A stretch of 64,000 nucleotides of DNA, taken from positions 129,272,001 through 129,336,000 of the forward strand of contig NW_024704742.1 in assembly GCF_018977255.1 (NCBI RefSeq), given 5' to 3'. The notes below the pieces were generated by a model, which saw nothing but the letters and a program-made list of their open reading frames with translations, searched no databases and was not told where the DNA came from. Shown in pieces: positions 1 through 13,432 of this stretch. Numbering within the stretch: the stretch's first letter is position 1; each line of letters opens with the position of its first letter. The position numbers and the translations under genes were made by a program. Source of the DNA: Callorhinchus milii (Eukaryota).

Positions 1-1761
1 CGGAGTTCTCAAAGCCGACACTAAGAAACCGTTAGTATAAAGTCAGCATCTTGTTACTCACAGGCAAGTGGCCAGCTGATCAGGAGGTGTAGCTGAAGGA
101 CAGTGCACTTAGTTAACTGGCACTAAGTAAGTAAAGGAACACATGTTTTATGCTTTCAACAACTTGCATTATTGTAACCAAAAACAACAACAATTTGCAT
201 TTATGTAGCTCCCTTCACACAGGACAGCATCTCGGAACTCTATAGTGTTTGACACCGAGCCTGGGAGAAGGTGGAGGTGACCGTAAGCATGGTCGAAGAG
301 GAAAGTATTCAGGTGTGATCTGAAGATGGACAAGAAGGGGTAATGAGGCAGAGACTTACAGAGTCTCAAAGGGTAATGACTAAAATCACGGCCTCCAATG
401 GTGGAGTGTAGGGGAAGTGAAGAGTCCAAAGCCAGCTGAGCGAATGGACCAGGTAGAGGAGTAGGGTTAAGCAGGTCGGAAAGATAGCGAGGTACCAGGG
501 AATGAAGTGATTTGTACGAAAGTGTGAGGAATCTTGAACTTGATCCGTTCTGCAATAGGGAGCCAGTGGTTCCAAGCAATGAGTGGAGTGATAAAATTGT
601 TCTTTTTATGCAGGTAAAATGTACCCTTCACAATCATATTCACAGAGCAAGCAAATAGGAGCTCTGCACACAACAAATGCCAGAAAATTGAAGAGATTGA
701 TTTTTGTGGTTTTTGGTCGGCCGAGTGTCACCCATCGACATTCTTCAGAGTATCCAAACCAAACTGAAAGCACCATCTTCCTGTCCGTAGCTCAGACATA
801 CATCCCTATCCATTGAGCGATGGGTCCATCAGTTGCGTGTGTGCAGCTTAAGATGCTTACCTCTCTGCAAGCCAATCAAGGTGGATTCCAGGCACTGGAT
901 GTACAAACACATCTTCACGAATTTGGACACCAGGTAATGCTTTCCAGCAGCTGGTTAATCCAGGTCCTTATGTGAGAGACCATGGCAAGTAGACGTTCCT
1001 GTTGTGAAACCACCTCTACCTCTAGGGTGGCTAGTGACAGGTCAGTGTAGGTTGTAGCCCTCCCTCCCTGCAGCCATATTCTGTGTTGCCACAAGATACA
1101 GAAAATATGACAGAGGAATACCCCAGAAGAAAACAAATATGGAATGATAAGTAGTCTTTGAATTGTTAACTGAAAAGATAAAATAAACTGAGAGAAAACA
1201 AAGACATTTAAACTAACATTGCAGCATGTTCGATTGTATGGCAGCAATCATATTGCAGCATGATCGCTGCCATTTGATCAATGTCCCTGAATGCAAATAA
1301 ATAGTCCTCTTGTGAGAAACAGCAAAAGTCCAGCACAGCTTGTCACTGCTATGTGGCAACAACTTTCCAAATGTTGAACAGAGAGTTCACCGCGTCAGCT
1401 TGTTTAATAGCTTCTTGTTTGCACACGTAACCTGACCCGTTTTCTGAGATTATTTGGGGGTCAAACTATCATGTGGTGCTTAATGTTTAATGAGCCAAGA
1501 AATTGTTGCCTTTGTAACCTTCAGCAAATCATGACCTAACTTCCTCTGATATTGTCATGGTAACACTTTAATTCACAGGTGTAATGTCATCCCGCCTGGG
1601 CACAAATTGACTGCGAAATTTCCATACAAATGGACAGTCACTACACCTGACAACAATTGCCTATGAAGTTCTTTATGACGCTTTCACATATAATAATCAT
1701 AATCCTTGCATTTGATATAGCACCTTCTCACATCGTTCAGACACACATCATCTGTGAAGTC
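1..1761 (+). repeat. Near-identical direct duplicate of 20928-22701 (copy 1; runs off the left edge)
   Basis: Matches 20928-22701 from cggagttctcaaagccgac to catcatctgtgaagtc. By eye about 3 substitutions and 7 small indels; copy 1 is 13 nt shorter. Confidence 0.97.
175..590 (-). mobile_element. L2 LINE 3' end (duplicated at ~21103-21520)
   Basis: HWLPIAERIKFKI and STIGGRDFSHY..LC..LP..LNTFLFDHAY; tail gctacataaatgcaaa(ttg)n. Confidence 0.88.
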
Positions 1762-4700
1762 ACACAATGCTGTGAGAATGTAATTTCAGCAACTTGCACT
1801 TATATAGTGCTTTTCACATACAGTAACATCTCTAAGCCTTTACACAGAGCTGAGCAAGGTGGGAAGTTGGGAGGTGGGAGAGGGGGGTGGGTAGGACAGA
1901 GTGAATGCAAGATGAGGTCGAAGAAGCAGGTTTTAAGAAAGGTTTTGAAGAAATGTGGAGGCAGAGCGATTTTGAGAAGGATTTCCAGAGAGCTTCAGTG
2001 ATAAACCGAATGTGGCTCATTATGAGCAATAGCTTTGACCTGCTCATTTTGACAAAAATATGTCTGGGTCATTGAGGGTGTTGCATTCCACTGTCACTTT
2101 TAGGTTGACAAGATCACTTGTCACTGTTTTCATTCATAAACAAGCTTCATCTCTCTCCACCACAGTCAGTGATGGACTTTGTACGCTGTCCTTTCCCCTT
2201 GGGGTACATTCATAGCGGGTGAAGTACAACAGAAAAATGCTCAGAGCAACAAGTCTGCCAAGAAAAGCATCTCCAAAGATAAAACAACTTTACAAATAAG
2301 CTTTTTTTGTAAACCGCAAGAACTCTTCTATCCACACAGGACCCACGGGAGCAGTTATCCTCATTAAACACAATATTATTTCAGGAGCTGATCTGCCCTA
2401 GGTTTGAAACATGTGTATTGGGAAGCCAAAGATTTGGTAACTCACACTGCCCTGGATTCAATCAGTTAACAGCACAGAGGAATGAACTGTGAGATTTTCA
2501 TGGGTAAGTGAGGGCCCAATACATCATTACGTCCCTTGAGACATCCTCCCATTGTGCTATATAAATGTGAATTTATATTGTATCAGCTTTAAGATACAAA
2601 ACCATAAATCTAGCAAATCTAGCTAGCGGTGCTATACTGTATAGGACAGTCATCCAACCATGTGAAGATGTTTCATTGCAATAAGCGGCTATGTCAAATG
2701 TAAGGATTATTATAAAGTCTGCACATCAAAAATGACACTCTGAATTCATCTCCCAATTTCCAATCGTATCCCAAAGGGAGTGAATCAGTGACTAGAAGGC
2801 ATCAATTTAAGATAGTTGGCAAACAAGCAAATAGTGAGATTAGCAGAATTTTTTATCGCATACAAAGGAGTTAGGAATGGAATCCCTTGTTGGAAGGGGT
2901 GGTTGAGGCAGAATCCATATTAGCTTTCAAAAGAGAACTAGATCAATACCTAAAAAGGAGTAAACTTCAAGGGTATGGGAAAAGGGCAGGTAAATGGGAC
3001 TGTAAGGGTTACTCTTTAAAAGAACCAGCACAGACATCATGGACCGAATGGCCTTCTTCTGTGCTGTAAATTTCTATGGTTCCTAAAACTCTCTTCACCA
3101 GCTTCATTGGCTGTTAGTGGAGCCTTGTCTCAGAAAAATGCTTCCTATACCTATAAAAATGAAAGTTCTTTCTTACATGCTTTCTGAAACTGTAACGGGA
3201 TGTCCTCCCAGTGTGAAAGGCGCTATATAAATGCAGTTTGATGTTATTGCTGTTGTTGTTGCCGCATTCAAGATGTAAGTAATTTTCAGAGACAATGATT
3301 TAATTATGTTTGAATCGACAACAGCCAATGCTGAATGTCAAACATGGAATTACTGAATCAACATTTCTGTAAATTGAATTTCCACCATCCTGCCAGAGAA
3401 TATCATACGCAGATGTTTCATAGCAGGACAGCAACTTGCCAGAATGTCTGCTTCTCTTGCCAGAATATCTAAATTAGATTTGCATAATTGGTGGCGAGGG
3501 GAGTGGGGGAGGCAATTTGCGCAATCTGATGTGAAAATTACAACTGGTGATAATTATCGCATCAAATTTGTTTTACAATGTCACAATCTCTCCTTTCCCA
3601 AGACTAGCCCCATCCTCCAAAGAGCTACATTTGAAGCATGAAAAGTACTGTTACCCACACAAATGCACCATCTTATCTGTGCTAAGTAATGCTGCACAAA
3701 CATCAGTATAATAATGGATCAATTCTGATTGACAGACACCAGCAAGTGGGTATTTAGCAAGGCCTCAGTCACTATTCTGAACTGAGTGTAATCACTTCAT
3801 ATCAAAGCATTGCTTACCAATTTTGATCTTGCCGAATCAAACCAGCATGTTACTCTCCTCTGCAGTGGAAACAATAATAAATCATAATAAGCCTTGCATT
3901 TGATTCAGCACATTTCACATTGGCAGAATGTCTCAAAAGACTTTATAGAATATAATGCAAAGTGAAGTGGCTGTATGTATTTGTTAGCAAACACAGCAGC
4001 TAATTTGTGCACAACAATGTTCCATAATCAACCATGAAGGGAATGATCAATTTTGCCTGGGGAGGGTTGGTGGTCAGCACATTGGGAGAAAGTCCCTTCT
4101 CTTTTTAAATAGCGCCTTGGGATCTTTAATATCCACTGGACCTCTGTTTAATGTCTCATCCGAAGTACCTCTGGCATTGCAGCGCTCCCTCAGCACTGCA
4201 TTGAAGTATCAGCCTAGGCTATGTGAGTTCAAAGGCCCAATGTGTGGCTTGAACACACTATCTTCTGACTCAGAAGGAGGATTGCCACCACGTTGAGCTA
4301 CGTTGAGACCTTGCAACATCTGTAACGTATGTTAATGAAAAATAATAATCCCTGTATTTGAAATAGCAACTTTCACAACAAGAGGACTCAAAATGATCCA
4401 CAAGATTTGCAGTAAAGTATAATGATTGTATTTTGTAGGCAAATGGGGCAGCCAATTTGTGCACAGCACTGCAAGGGTTACTATTAAATCCTGCAAGCAA
4501 TGGAGGTAATTGTGCAATAAAATGCTTAAGCAATTATGACTGAAAATGCAATTATTACATTATAATTAATAAATGTCAGGCCATGAACCCTAGTTAATTT
4601 TTGAGCACATTAATGTGCAGTAATTAAATGATTGAAATTGAGCTACAGACAAATGATGTCCTTCTAAATACGTGATGTGTTAAACCAGAGCCTGAATCAG

Positions 4701-5679
4701 AATCTGGTTCACTTAAACCATATTGCAGGGATTTGAAAGTTTAAAGAAAGTTTGCCTTAAAAGGGCAAAGTTTACAAGATTATAGAACCCATTCCTTATA
4801 TTACTTAACCTAAGTAATATGTTATGAAAGGCAAAACTGCTCGTCTTTATGAAAGATAAAACTCCTTGCCTTAAGTCTTTAAGTCTGAAATATTTTATAA
4901 GTCTTTATTGACCTTTCACAAGTAATAATATTATTATTAACTTCATAACTCCAAAGTCTTTATTTGTGCTTTCACAAGTAGTAACTAGAAATTAAACTAT
5001 AGTTGCACTTAATAATAATCCTTGTATTTGATATAACATCTTATCACGTTGTCGAGACCTCTCAAAGTGCTTCACAGGATTTTGCTGTGAGGGCTAGTAA
5101 CTGTGCATTGTTTTCTAGATGACTGTGGCAGCTAATTTACGCACAGTAGTGTCCTAGAAGAAGACTCTGCTCCTAGAAGTTTGCCATGCCAACCCAATTT
5201 ACTTCAAAAGCGGAGTTCTCATTGGTTATCAGGAATTATAGTAGGATTTTCCTTTTCAGGAATGCCCTCAAATCTGGACCGTAACGGTTCCAGACAAGAC
5301 ACTGTTGTGTGGCAAGCATTCTACAGCAGAAGGAGGAGCATTGTGTGAATCACTTCAAGGCTTTTCTTTTCAACCCCACTTTTGGTCACCTTTCCCCTCA
5401 CTTCTCCTTTCTCAGCTCCTACCATCCCCAGCTCGAGCTTCCAGCTGGTTCTATGAAGTGTTTCGAGACATCCTCCCTACATGAAAGGTGGCAGGTAAAT
5501 GTAAAACTGTTGTTGTTTTTGCACTGGTCATCAGTGTGTACATTCTCAGCATTTAACCCTCGCTCTGATCGCTTCTTCCAGCAAGGATAAGGTAAAAAAA
5601 CAAAATAAGATCTCCAGAAAAGTAAGTTATACTGAATGAGGGGAAGAGCCACTGAAATCTGAAGTGAGATTGGTTTGGT

Positions 5680-6052
5680 TATTTAAGGGCCTCTCACAGC
5701 TCTCCATTCCTATTTTCTGACCTCCACATTATTCAGATGATATAAAGTTTCACAAGAACATGAGTCGAAAGGAAATTCAGCCCGTTGAAGCTTAACCCTC
5801 CAGTGAATTAATTCTCCTAACTTGGTATATAGGGGTGAAAAGTGATGTGCTGTGATGTGCTGATAAACACATTGTAAAAACTGGACAAGGCTATGTCTTA
5901 ATTTATTGCCTGTTCCATGGGTGTGACCTTCTATAACCTCATCCCCTTGGGACTCCATCACAATCGTTGAGCCTGAAGCCAACCACACCATCTATTGACC
6001 TTGGCAAGATACTGTATTGACTCAACCAAAAATGCATCATTAATCCAATATC
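5680..6052 (-). pseudogene. Candidate pseudo-exon (YWINDAFLVESIQYLAKVNRWCGWLQAQRL / KLRHSLVQFLQCVYQHITAHHFSPLYTKLGELIHWRVKLQRAEFPFDS...)
   Basis: Contains the 93-codon ORF 5710-5991; acceptor gtgcttgctagcag; probable frameshift. Confidence 0.5.
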
Positions 6053-6654
6053 CTGCTAGCAAGCACTCAAATACTCCAACGGGCAGCAGTACAATACAAA
6101 CTACATTTAATTAGCACCTTTAACGTCAGGGTGATGTCCCCAACTGCATAGCTGGCTTTGGACCAAGCCATTGGGATGGAGTTGTGGGGGGAGAGAGTAG
6201 GTTGGAAGGAATCACGCTGGCATTCAAAATTAATGTTATTAGTGTGAAATCATTGATTGAACTGCACAAATGATAATGATAAAAATCTTTGCATTTGATA
6301 TAGTGTCTTATCATGTCTTTGAGATGTCTCAAAGCACTTCACAGAATATACTGTAAAATGAATTGACTATATTTTGTGGGTGAAAGGCGGCAGCCAATTG
6401 CACACAGTAGTGTCCCACAAACGGGGATTTTACTGACCAAATTATTATTTTTTAAATTATTATTTTGAAGGCATTATTATCCAAGGAAAAGCGATCCGCC
6501 AATTGAATAACAACCGGATTCCTACTTACTGCTAGGTAAACAGAAGCATGTGGAGTAAGGAAACTTGCCTAACTTTCTGCCCTGCCCGAGAAGCAAACCC
6601 AAGTCCTCTCGCTTGTGAAATGAGTTCTCTTACCAATATGGTCCAGGAATCAAT

Positions 6655-6981
6655 ATCCATTCACAAAAGGAGCCCAAAGGATAGGTCTTTTCAAAGACAA
6701 GTTTGGTAGAAATATTTTGGAATAATTGGGAAATAGCAGGCAATGTGTCTATTAATTTTATATATTAGATGTTGCGAATATTCTAGACAAAACTGTGTCA
6801 GAAATTTCCAACATACATAGAGCTCAGTAAAGCATGTGCTATAAATATCTCATGGATTTAAATACCCCAGGTCACACGAATTGCACGAGACACACTTCTG
6901 AATCCTCATAAATAAGGTGATAAACAAAGTTCTTGATAACATTTTTAGGAACTGTACAAGTAGATGACCTATGCCTGAAAC
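6655..6981 (-). pseudogene. Candidate pseudo-exon (FRHRSSTCTVPKNVIKNFVYHLIYEDSEVCLVQFV*PGVFKSMRYL*HMLY*ALCMLEISDTVLSRNI...)
   Basis: Acceptor ttgctctcttccag; unique block between two SINEs; 3' end uncertain. Confidence 0.5.
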
Positions 6982-7354
6982 CTGGAAGAGAGCAAGTAAT
7001 AGTAGTAATCTTTGCATTTGGTAAAACGCATTACCATGTAAATAAAATGTCTCAAAATGCTTCATAAGAGTTACTTGTGGGCAAACAGAGCAGTCAACTT
7101 ACACACAGCAACGTCCCACAAAATAGCCTCGAAGTGACCAAGCAATATTATCTAGAGAATTGTTGGCCAGGACACTGGGAGAAATTCCCTTCTCTCTTTG
7201 AACATTGTCATGGGATCTTTAACGTCTACCTGACAGGCAGATGGACCTTGGTTTAATGTCTTACCCAGAGGACAATACAGCACTCCTCCAACCCTGTATT
7301 GGAGTATCATCTTAGATTCTGAGCTCAAATTCGTGACGTGGTCCTCGAACCCAA

Positions 7355-9201
7355 TATAATCCTATTGTTCCAACATCATCTTGGAGGCTAAACACAACCC
7401 TAAAATCCTTTTTACCACCACCCACTCACTACCTCCTCCATGCCCCACCTCAGGCCTCCTCAATCTTCATATCAAATGCCAAGCACGAGGAGATCATGGA
7501 CTTCTTTTCATCTAAAATACATAATATCCGCCAGGCAGCCTCATCCACCTGCCTTTTGTCATCTACCACCACGCCCCCTCTGTCCCCTTCACCCTCCCCA
7601 TCATCTGCTCCTACCACCACCCCCATCCTACATTCCTTCCTCCCCATCTCTCTCTCTCACCCACCATTATCTCCATGAAACCCACCACCTGCTACCTCGA
7701 CCCCCTCCCCACCAATTTGCTGGTCACGCAGCTTCCCCTCCTCTGCCCACTACTGGCTGACGTCATCAACCAGTCCCTCTCCTCTGGATCAGTCCCTACC
7801 CCCCTCAAAACTGCTGTCATCGCCCCCTTCCTCAAAAAACCTTCCCTAGATCCCTCAAACCCCAGCCACTACCGCCCTACTTCTAACCTGCCCTTCCTCG
7901 CAAAAGTCCTAGAATGCGTTGTTGCCAAACAACTTCGCCCACACTTCTCCTCCCACTCCTTCTTCGTACCTCTCCAGTCCAGTTTCCACTCGGCCCACAG
8001 TACAAAGACTGCTTGTGAAAGTCACAAATGACATACTCTCTACTTGTGACCAGGGCTCCCTCTGCCTTCTTGTCCTCCTGGCCCTCTCCGCCGCTTTCGA
8101 CACAGTTGATCACGCCATCCTACTCCACCGCCTTTCCTCCGTCATCCACCTCAATGGGACCGCACTCGCCTGGTTCGAGTCCTACGTCACAAACCGCCGG
8201 CAGTAATCTGCACAAATGGCTTTTCCTCCCACTCTCACCCAGTCACCTGCGGAGTACCCCAAGGATCCATCCTTGGCCCCCTCCTCTTTCTGATCTACAT
8301 GCTCCCTCTTGGGAATGTCTTCCGCAGACATGGGGTGCATTTCCACATGTATGCGGACGACACCTAACTCTACTTTTCCACCTCTTTGCGACACCCAGTC
8401 CCCTGATGTTCTGTCAGCCTGCCTGTCAGATCTCAGGGGCTGGATGAACGCAAATTTCCTTTAGCTGAACATTGACAAGATGGAAGCCATACTCTTTGGC
8501 TCTCGTCAACGTCTAAAATCTCACAGTTCTCACCTCCTCCACCTACCCAACCTCCCCTTAAAACTCTCCGAACCCGTACGCAACCTAGGAGTCAGGTTCG
8601 ACCCCCAATTATCCTTCCTCCCCCACATCCAGTCCCTCACCAGCACCGCTTTCTTCCACCTCTGACCAGCGCCCGTCTCCGCCAATACCTCTCTTCAAAA
8701 GCTGCTGAAACCCTGGTCCATGCCATTGTCACCTCTCGGCTGGAATACTCTAACGCCCTCCTCACCAGTCTCCCATCCACTACCATCCATAAAATCCAGA
8801 TTATTCAAAACTCTGCCACCCGCATTCTCACCCACACCAAACTCCGCTCCCCGATCACCCCCGTCCTTGCCAGACTGCATTGGCTGCCTATCCCAGAGAG
8901 GATCGACTTCAAGATCCTCACCCTTGTCTTCAAATCCCTCTACTCCTCTGCACCCCCTACCTCTGTGACCTCCTCTCTCTTCAAAACAGTGCCCATTGCC
9001 TTCGTTCCTCCGGGTCTGGCCTCCTCCTTGTCCCCCGAATCCTCTGCTCCACCCTCAGCAGCCTTCATCTCGCTCCCACTCTTCCTATTTTCAGGTCTCT
9101 GCTGAAGACCTTTCTTTTCGACTGCGCCTTTTGTTACTGTGAAGCGCTCTGAGACGCCGTCCGGTTTGGAGAGTGCTATATAAATCCGAGTTGTTGTTGT
9201 T
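7355..9201 (+). mobile_element. 5'-truncated L2-clade LINE, degenerate ORF2 reverse transcriptase plus 3' tail
   Basis: Frameshifted motifs [79 protein letters not shown]; ends gctatataaatccga(gtt)n. Confidence 0.95.
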
Positions 9202-10109
9202 CTAGACAGGAATGAGAGATGGATTTAGGAAATTATAGACAAGTTATTCTCATTTTAATAATGGGGAAGATGTTCAAAAGATTTACAAGATACCATCAAT
9301 ATTAACTCAAAGATAATGGAGAAAATAAATAGTCACACTCATGATTTCTTTTTAATTGAATAATAATAATAATCCTTGCATTTGATCTAGTACCTTATCA
9401 TGTTGTTGAAACATCTCAACGCGCTTCACAGAATATACTGTAAAATGAATTGACTGTATGTTTTGTGGGCGAAACACCTCAAATCCATGTAAGGCAGACC
9501 AGTTCTGTTGGTAGCACTCTTGCCTACAAAATAAATAGTAAATGCACATCACAATATATCCTCTGAAATGGTTTCAGCCCTCCTCCCAGCGTGAAAGGTA
9601 TTAAATCAAAGGTAAAAATTATTGTTTTGTTTAATCCTTGCCAAGGTCCATTGGCTCCCAGTTCTTCAGAGGATCGAGTTTAAGATTCTTTTCCTAGTCT
9701 TCAAATCCCTCCACTATCTCACTCAATCGTGCCTCTGCAATCTTCACCAACTCACATTTACTCTCTGCTCTGACAACTCCGATCTACTGCTTGCTCCCAC
9801 TCCCTTCACTCCACCTTCAGTGACTTTACCTGCAAAGCACTGCACTCTTTTCCTCTGGAACGCTCTTCTAAAACCACTTAACCTGCTACCTCTTTCCTTG
9901 CTTTGAAACATATTTGTAAAAACATATCTGTTGGAGTGGGCCTTTGGTCAACAATTTTAAATCTTTAATTTCCCGGTTTTATTTGTCAAGCACTTTGAGA
10001 CTTTCTTTTACATGAAAGGTTCAATATGAATTTAAGTGTTGTTGTTGGACTATTGCAGAAATGATTTCCCTAATGTCCTACAGAAATGATACTGATTGCC
10101 AAATCTCTT

Positions 10110-10496
10110 TCATTAATTCCAGTATCAACCTTTATTATTGTTAGAAACTTGCACTGACCTCTGGCTTTCTTGTGCAGTTCCTCATATGATAACTCGGTGT
10201 GAAAAATAATGTCATCAAATGGTTTACAAGTGACATTGACGATAGAGATCTTGGTATCAGATGGTAACTCTGACTTTTCCCACAGATATTATTCCTCAAT
10301 AGATCTAAGGTCACAGAGAGTAATGAATATCTTTCTGGCACTTAGTTGCTTTCTAACCACTTGCATCAAAGATTTCAGCTTCATGTTTCATGCAATTGCC
10401 AAGTGGACAAATTGACTCTAAGGACCATCATTTTCACATTCAATGAAGACAGATCAAAGAGCCAATTTTTCCTTAACAATCAGCCAAGGACTAGAC
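10110..10496 (-). pseudogene. Candidate pseudo-exon (SSPWLIVKEKLAL*SVFIECENDGP*SQFVHLAIA*NMKLKSLMQVVRKQLSARKIFITLCDLRSIEE*YLWEKSELPSDTKISIVNVTCKPFDDIIFHTELSYEELHKKARGQCKFLTIIKG)
   Basis: One frame reads as globular protein for ~125 codons with scattered stops; phase-2 acceptor gcattgctcag. Confidence 0.55.
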
Positions 10497-11828
10497 CTGA
10501 GCAATGCATTACTTGACCAGTTAATTAATCTTTAATTTAATACCATCAGGAACCCGCCCAACCCTTGTCTACCCAAAAAAACACCTTTGTAAATTTCTGA
10601 ACTCATGAGGTTTGTGAAAAGCAGACTGTAACCGAAACCTTAAGAGTAATACTGAACAACTTTAAAAATAGCTTAGGTGACATGGCAAAGCATTAAAGTA
10701 TAGTAAACCTTAATGCAACTGCCAGGAATTTGGTACTTAACTTACAAGAGGATTTAGAAATATTTCCATCACTCATACAAATTTGCATTAAAGTCAGGAA
10801 GTCAGTCTAAAGCTGCTTCATAAATATCCTTTCAAATGATTATCTTTTACAGCGAAGTGGGATCAATTAATGTTTTGTGCAATAAACAGTTGGATTCCAA
10901 AGCACAGGACTCAATGTTTGTTTTGAAAATGAAGGTTAGGTTAAGTGTGGCTGTAATGAATCACAGATTGCGTGCTATGGACTGAATTATTTTTGCCATT
11001 GCTTGAAAGGTGATACTTTGGTTGTGAGATAATCTCCTCAAAGTAAGAAAAATGTTAAGGCAAATTTTATCACATTTATAAAGAATTCATTGTGTTCATT
11101 TGATGCTAATTTCCAAGAATATATATTCATTCCCTTTCTTGTAATTGTCATAAAGTGGGGCTCAGCCTGGCTCAGTTGGTAGGTTGTAGGTTCAAGCCCC
11201 ACTTGGACTTTGAACTCACATAGAGGAGGCTGACACTCCAATGCAGTTCTGGGGAACTATTGGATTGTCAGTAGTGATGTCCTTTGATGAGACTTTAAAC
11301 CAAGGCCTTGTCTACCTATTTTAGTGCACATTAATAATCCAATGGTACAGCTCAAAAAGAGAAGGGAGTTTCTCGCGGTTTTAACAGTCCATCAGATGAA
11401 ATTGATCATTCACTTCATGGCTGTTTGTGAGACACCATGTTCACCTACAAAACACAGTCACTACACTTTACAGAAAACTCAATGAAATACTTTGAGATAT
11501 GATTAGGCACTACATCAAATGCAAGTAATTTTATTACATTATTATTACAGATTGTCTAGAAACTATTTTACACTAAATCCTGTGAAGTGCTTTGAGGTGT
11601 GTGTGTTTGTGTGTGTGAGAGGGGGTAGGGGGTGTTGCCCCCGACATGAAAGGTGTGATATCAAATGGATTATTGTTTGGTAGACATCGGAAAATATCTG
11701 CCATCCAACTTGGTTTGACTAATTCTTTTATTCTTTTTAAGGAGAGCCAAATTGCTTGTTCTTATTTTCCCTGATATCTTACATTGCCTAATTTTAGCAA
11801 CAATGGGGGTCTAATATGCAATGCTTAC

Positions 11829-12144
11829 AAAAGGATTGGAAACTAGTGAATCGTGTGGTTGCCTGGATGTGTCTCAGGCTGGTTCTCTGCTCAGATATCC
11901 ATCTCCCACCAGGCAGCAGGAACCTCCTTTGTATCAATACAGATTCACAAAAGTTGAAATTTAGATCAGTGCCTGAGGTATCCAGCTCTCTGCTGAATTT
12001 ACTGTATCATAAATTGGACAATAATGTACGTGTGTGTGAACAGAGACAGCCTATCAAGAGATGGTATCAATGGATAATCCAAACCATGTTTGTGTATGAT
12101 AATACTCTCCCATGAACTTTGAACCATGTTCTCTTTAAAGCTTC
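11829..12144 (-). pseudogene. Candidate pseudo-exon (SFKENMVQSSWESIIIHKHGLDYPLIPSLDRLSLFTHTYIIVQFMIQ*...ICIDTKEVPAAWWEMDI*...FPIL)
   Basis: Acceptor cttttactaatag, donor TTT|gtaagc, 316 nt; ends phase 2, matching the exon starting at 10496. Confidence 0.55.
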
Positions 12145-13144
12145 CTATTAGTAAAAGCTTTACCAAAACCTAACAACCTGATCCTTATTAATAAACACCA
12201 CACAGGGCAATGTCACGAGACCAGTAGAGGACATATTTGTTTCGAGCATGAGTTTTCTGTGGACTGGAGGCTATACATCGCTGATGTCACTTCCTGCATG
12301 TGGTGCATGTAATCATTGTCCATACTTTTTGCCCGTCCACTCATTGCTTGTTCCTCTAACACTATGGATTGCTCCCAGTTTCCTTATTGCTCTCCTCTGC
12401 ACTGCCTCTAGGACCTGGGTAGCCCCTTTAAGTCACCAGAACTTTACATAATACTCCGGGTGCCATCTAACCAAAGCACTTCACAGCTTTCTTTGCCTAA
12501 TGGAGGAAAAAGCTCCTTGTTAAATTCCTCCTTCTGGAACTTCTTCCCTCTTACTCCTTCGTCTAACTCCTTCTCTATTTGTCTTCAAGTAAAACCTTAT
12601 TCATGAAAATAATTCTTAGCAACAAGGATGATCTTTAGTGTGAGAGAAATGAGCAATAAATGGATACATATCATTTTTGTACAATCAGAGAAGTCTTGCC
12701 CCATGTAATAATGCTCATTAAATGACATGATTAGAAATATTTTACAGTGCAATCCAGTTTACATTTTTAAACCATCCTTTGTGTTAGGATGATGTCTCAA
12801 AGCGCTTAACATACTGGCTGGGCATCCTACTTGGGAATGGGAGTTGAAAGAGGTGGGGTGAGGAGAGGAAAGATGACTGAAAACGTGATCAAAGAGGTAC
12901 GTTGAGACATGTCTTCAATGTGGGGAGAGAGGAAGGGAGAAGGGAGAGAGTATCAGAGGAACTTCTTGATGGAGTTTCAGAGAACGGGAGTAAAATGATT
13001 GAATGGTGTGTCAGTATTGTTGAAGGATGTCACAGAGATGACTCAAGACCTTGGAAGGATTTGAAGGTTATTCTAAGCTTTTAATTCTCCCACAATTTTG
13101 TTTGAAACCAACAATAATACTTGTAATTTGTAATACAATAATTT

Positions 13145-13432
13145 AGCTACTCAATCCATGACTGTTTATGGGATGCTGTTGTGCGCAATTGGATGCCACG
13201 TTCATCCACAAAATATACAGTCGATTCACTTCATAGTGTATTCTGTGGAGTGTTTGAGATGTCTCAACAGCGCTACATCAAATGCAAGGATTATTATTAT
13301 TAATTCCCAGGGACCAGTGGCGATTTCTGAAATCCCACTATTTTAGATCCCAGTGATTCGACTCGCTGGCTTTTTCTCCTGTGTTTTTACAGAAAAGGGA
13401 AAGTTGGGCCCACGATACCCTTAATAGTTTTT
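13145..13432 (+). mobile_element. Composite element: SINE 3' half plus ~130-bp tail; inverted copy at 53187-53662
   Basis: aattcccagggaccagtggcgatt...gggcccacgatacccttaatagttttt follows the SINE (tta)n tail in both copies. Confidence 0.9.

Noticed and set aside
7440..9152. Cluster of overlapping ORFs as a functional reverse-transcriptase gene or retron-like system
   Set aside because: Multiple frameshifts and stops, 5'-truncated; an ordinary dead L2 copy.
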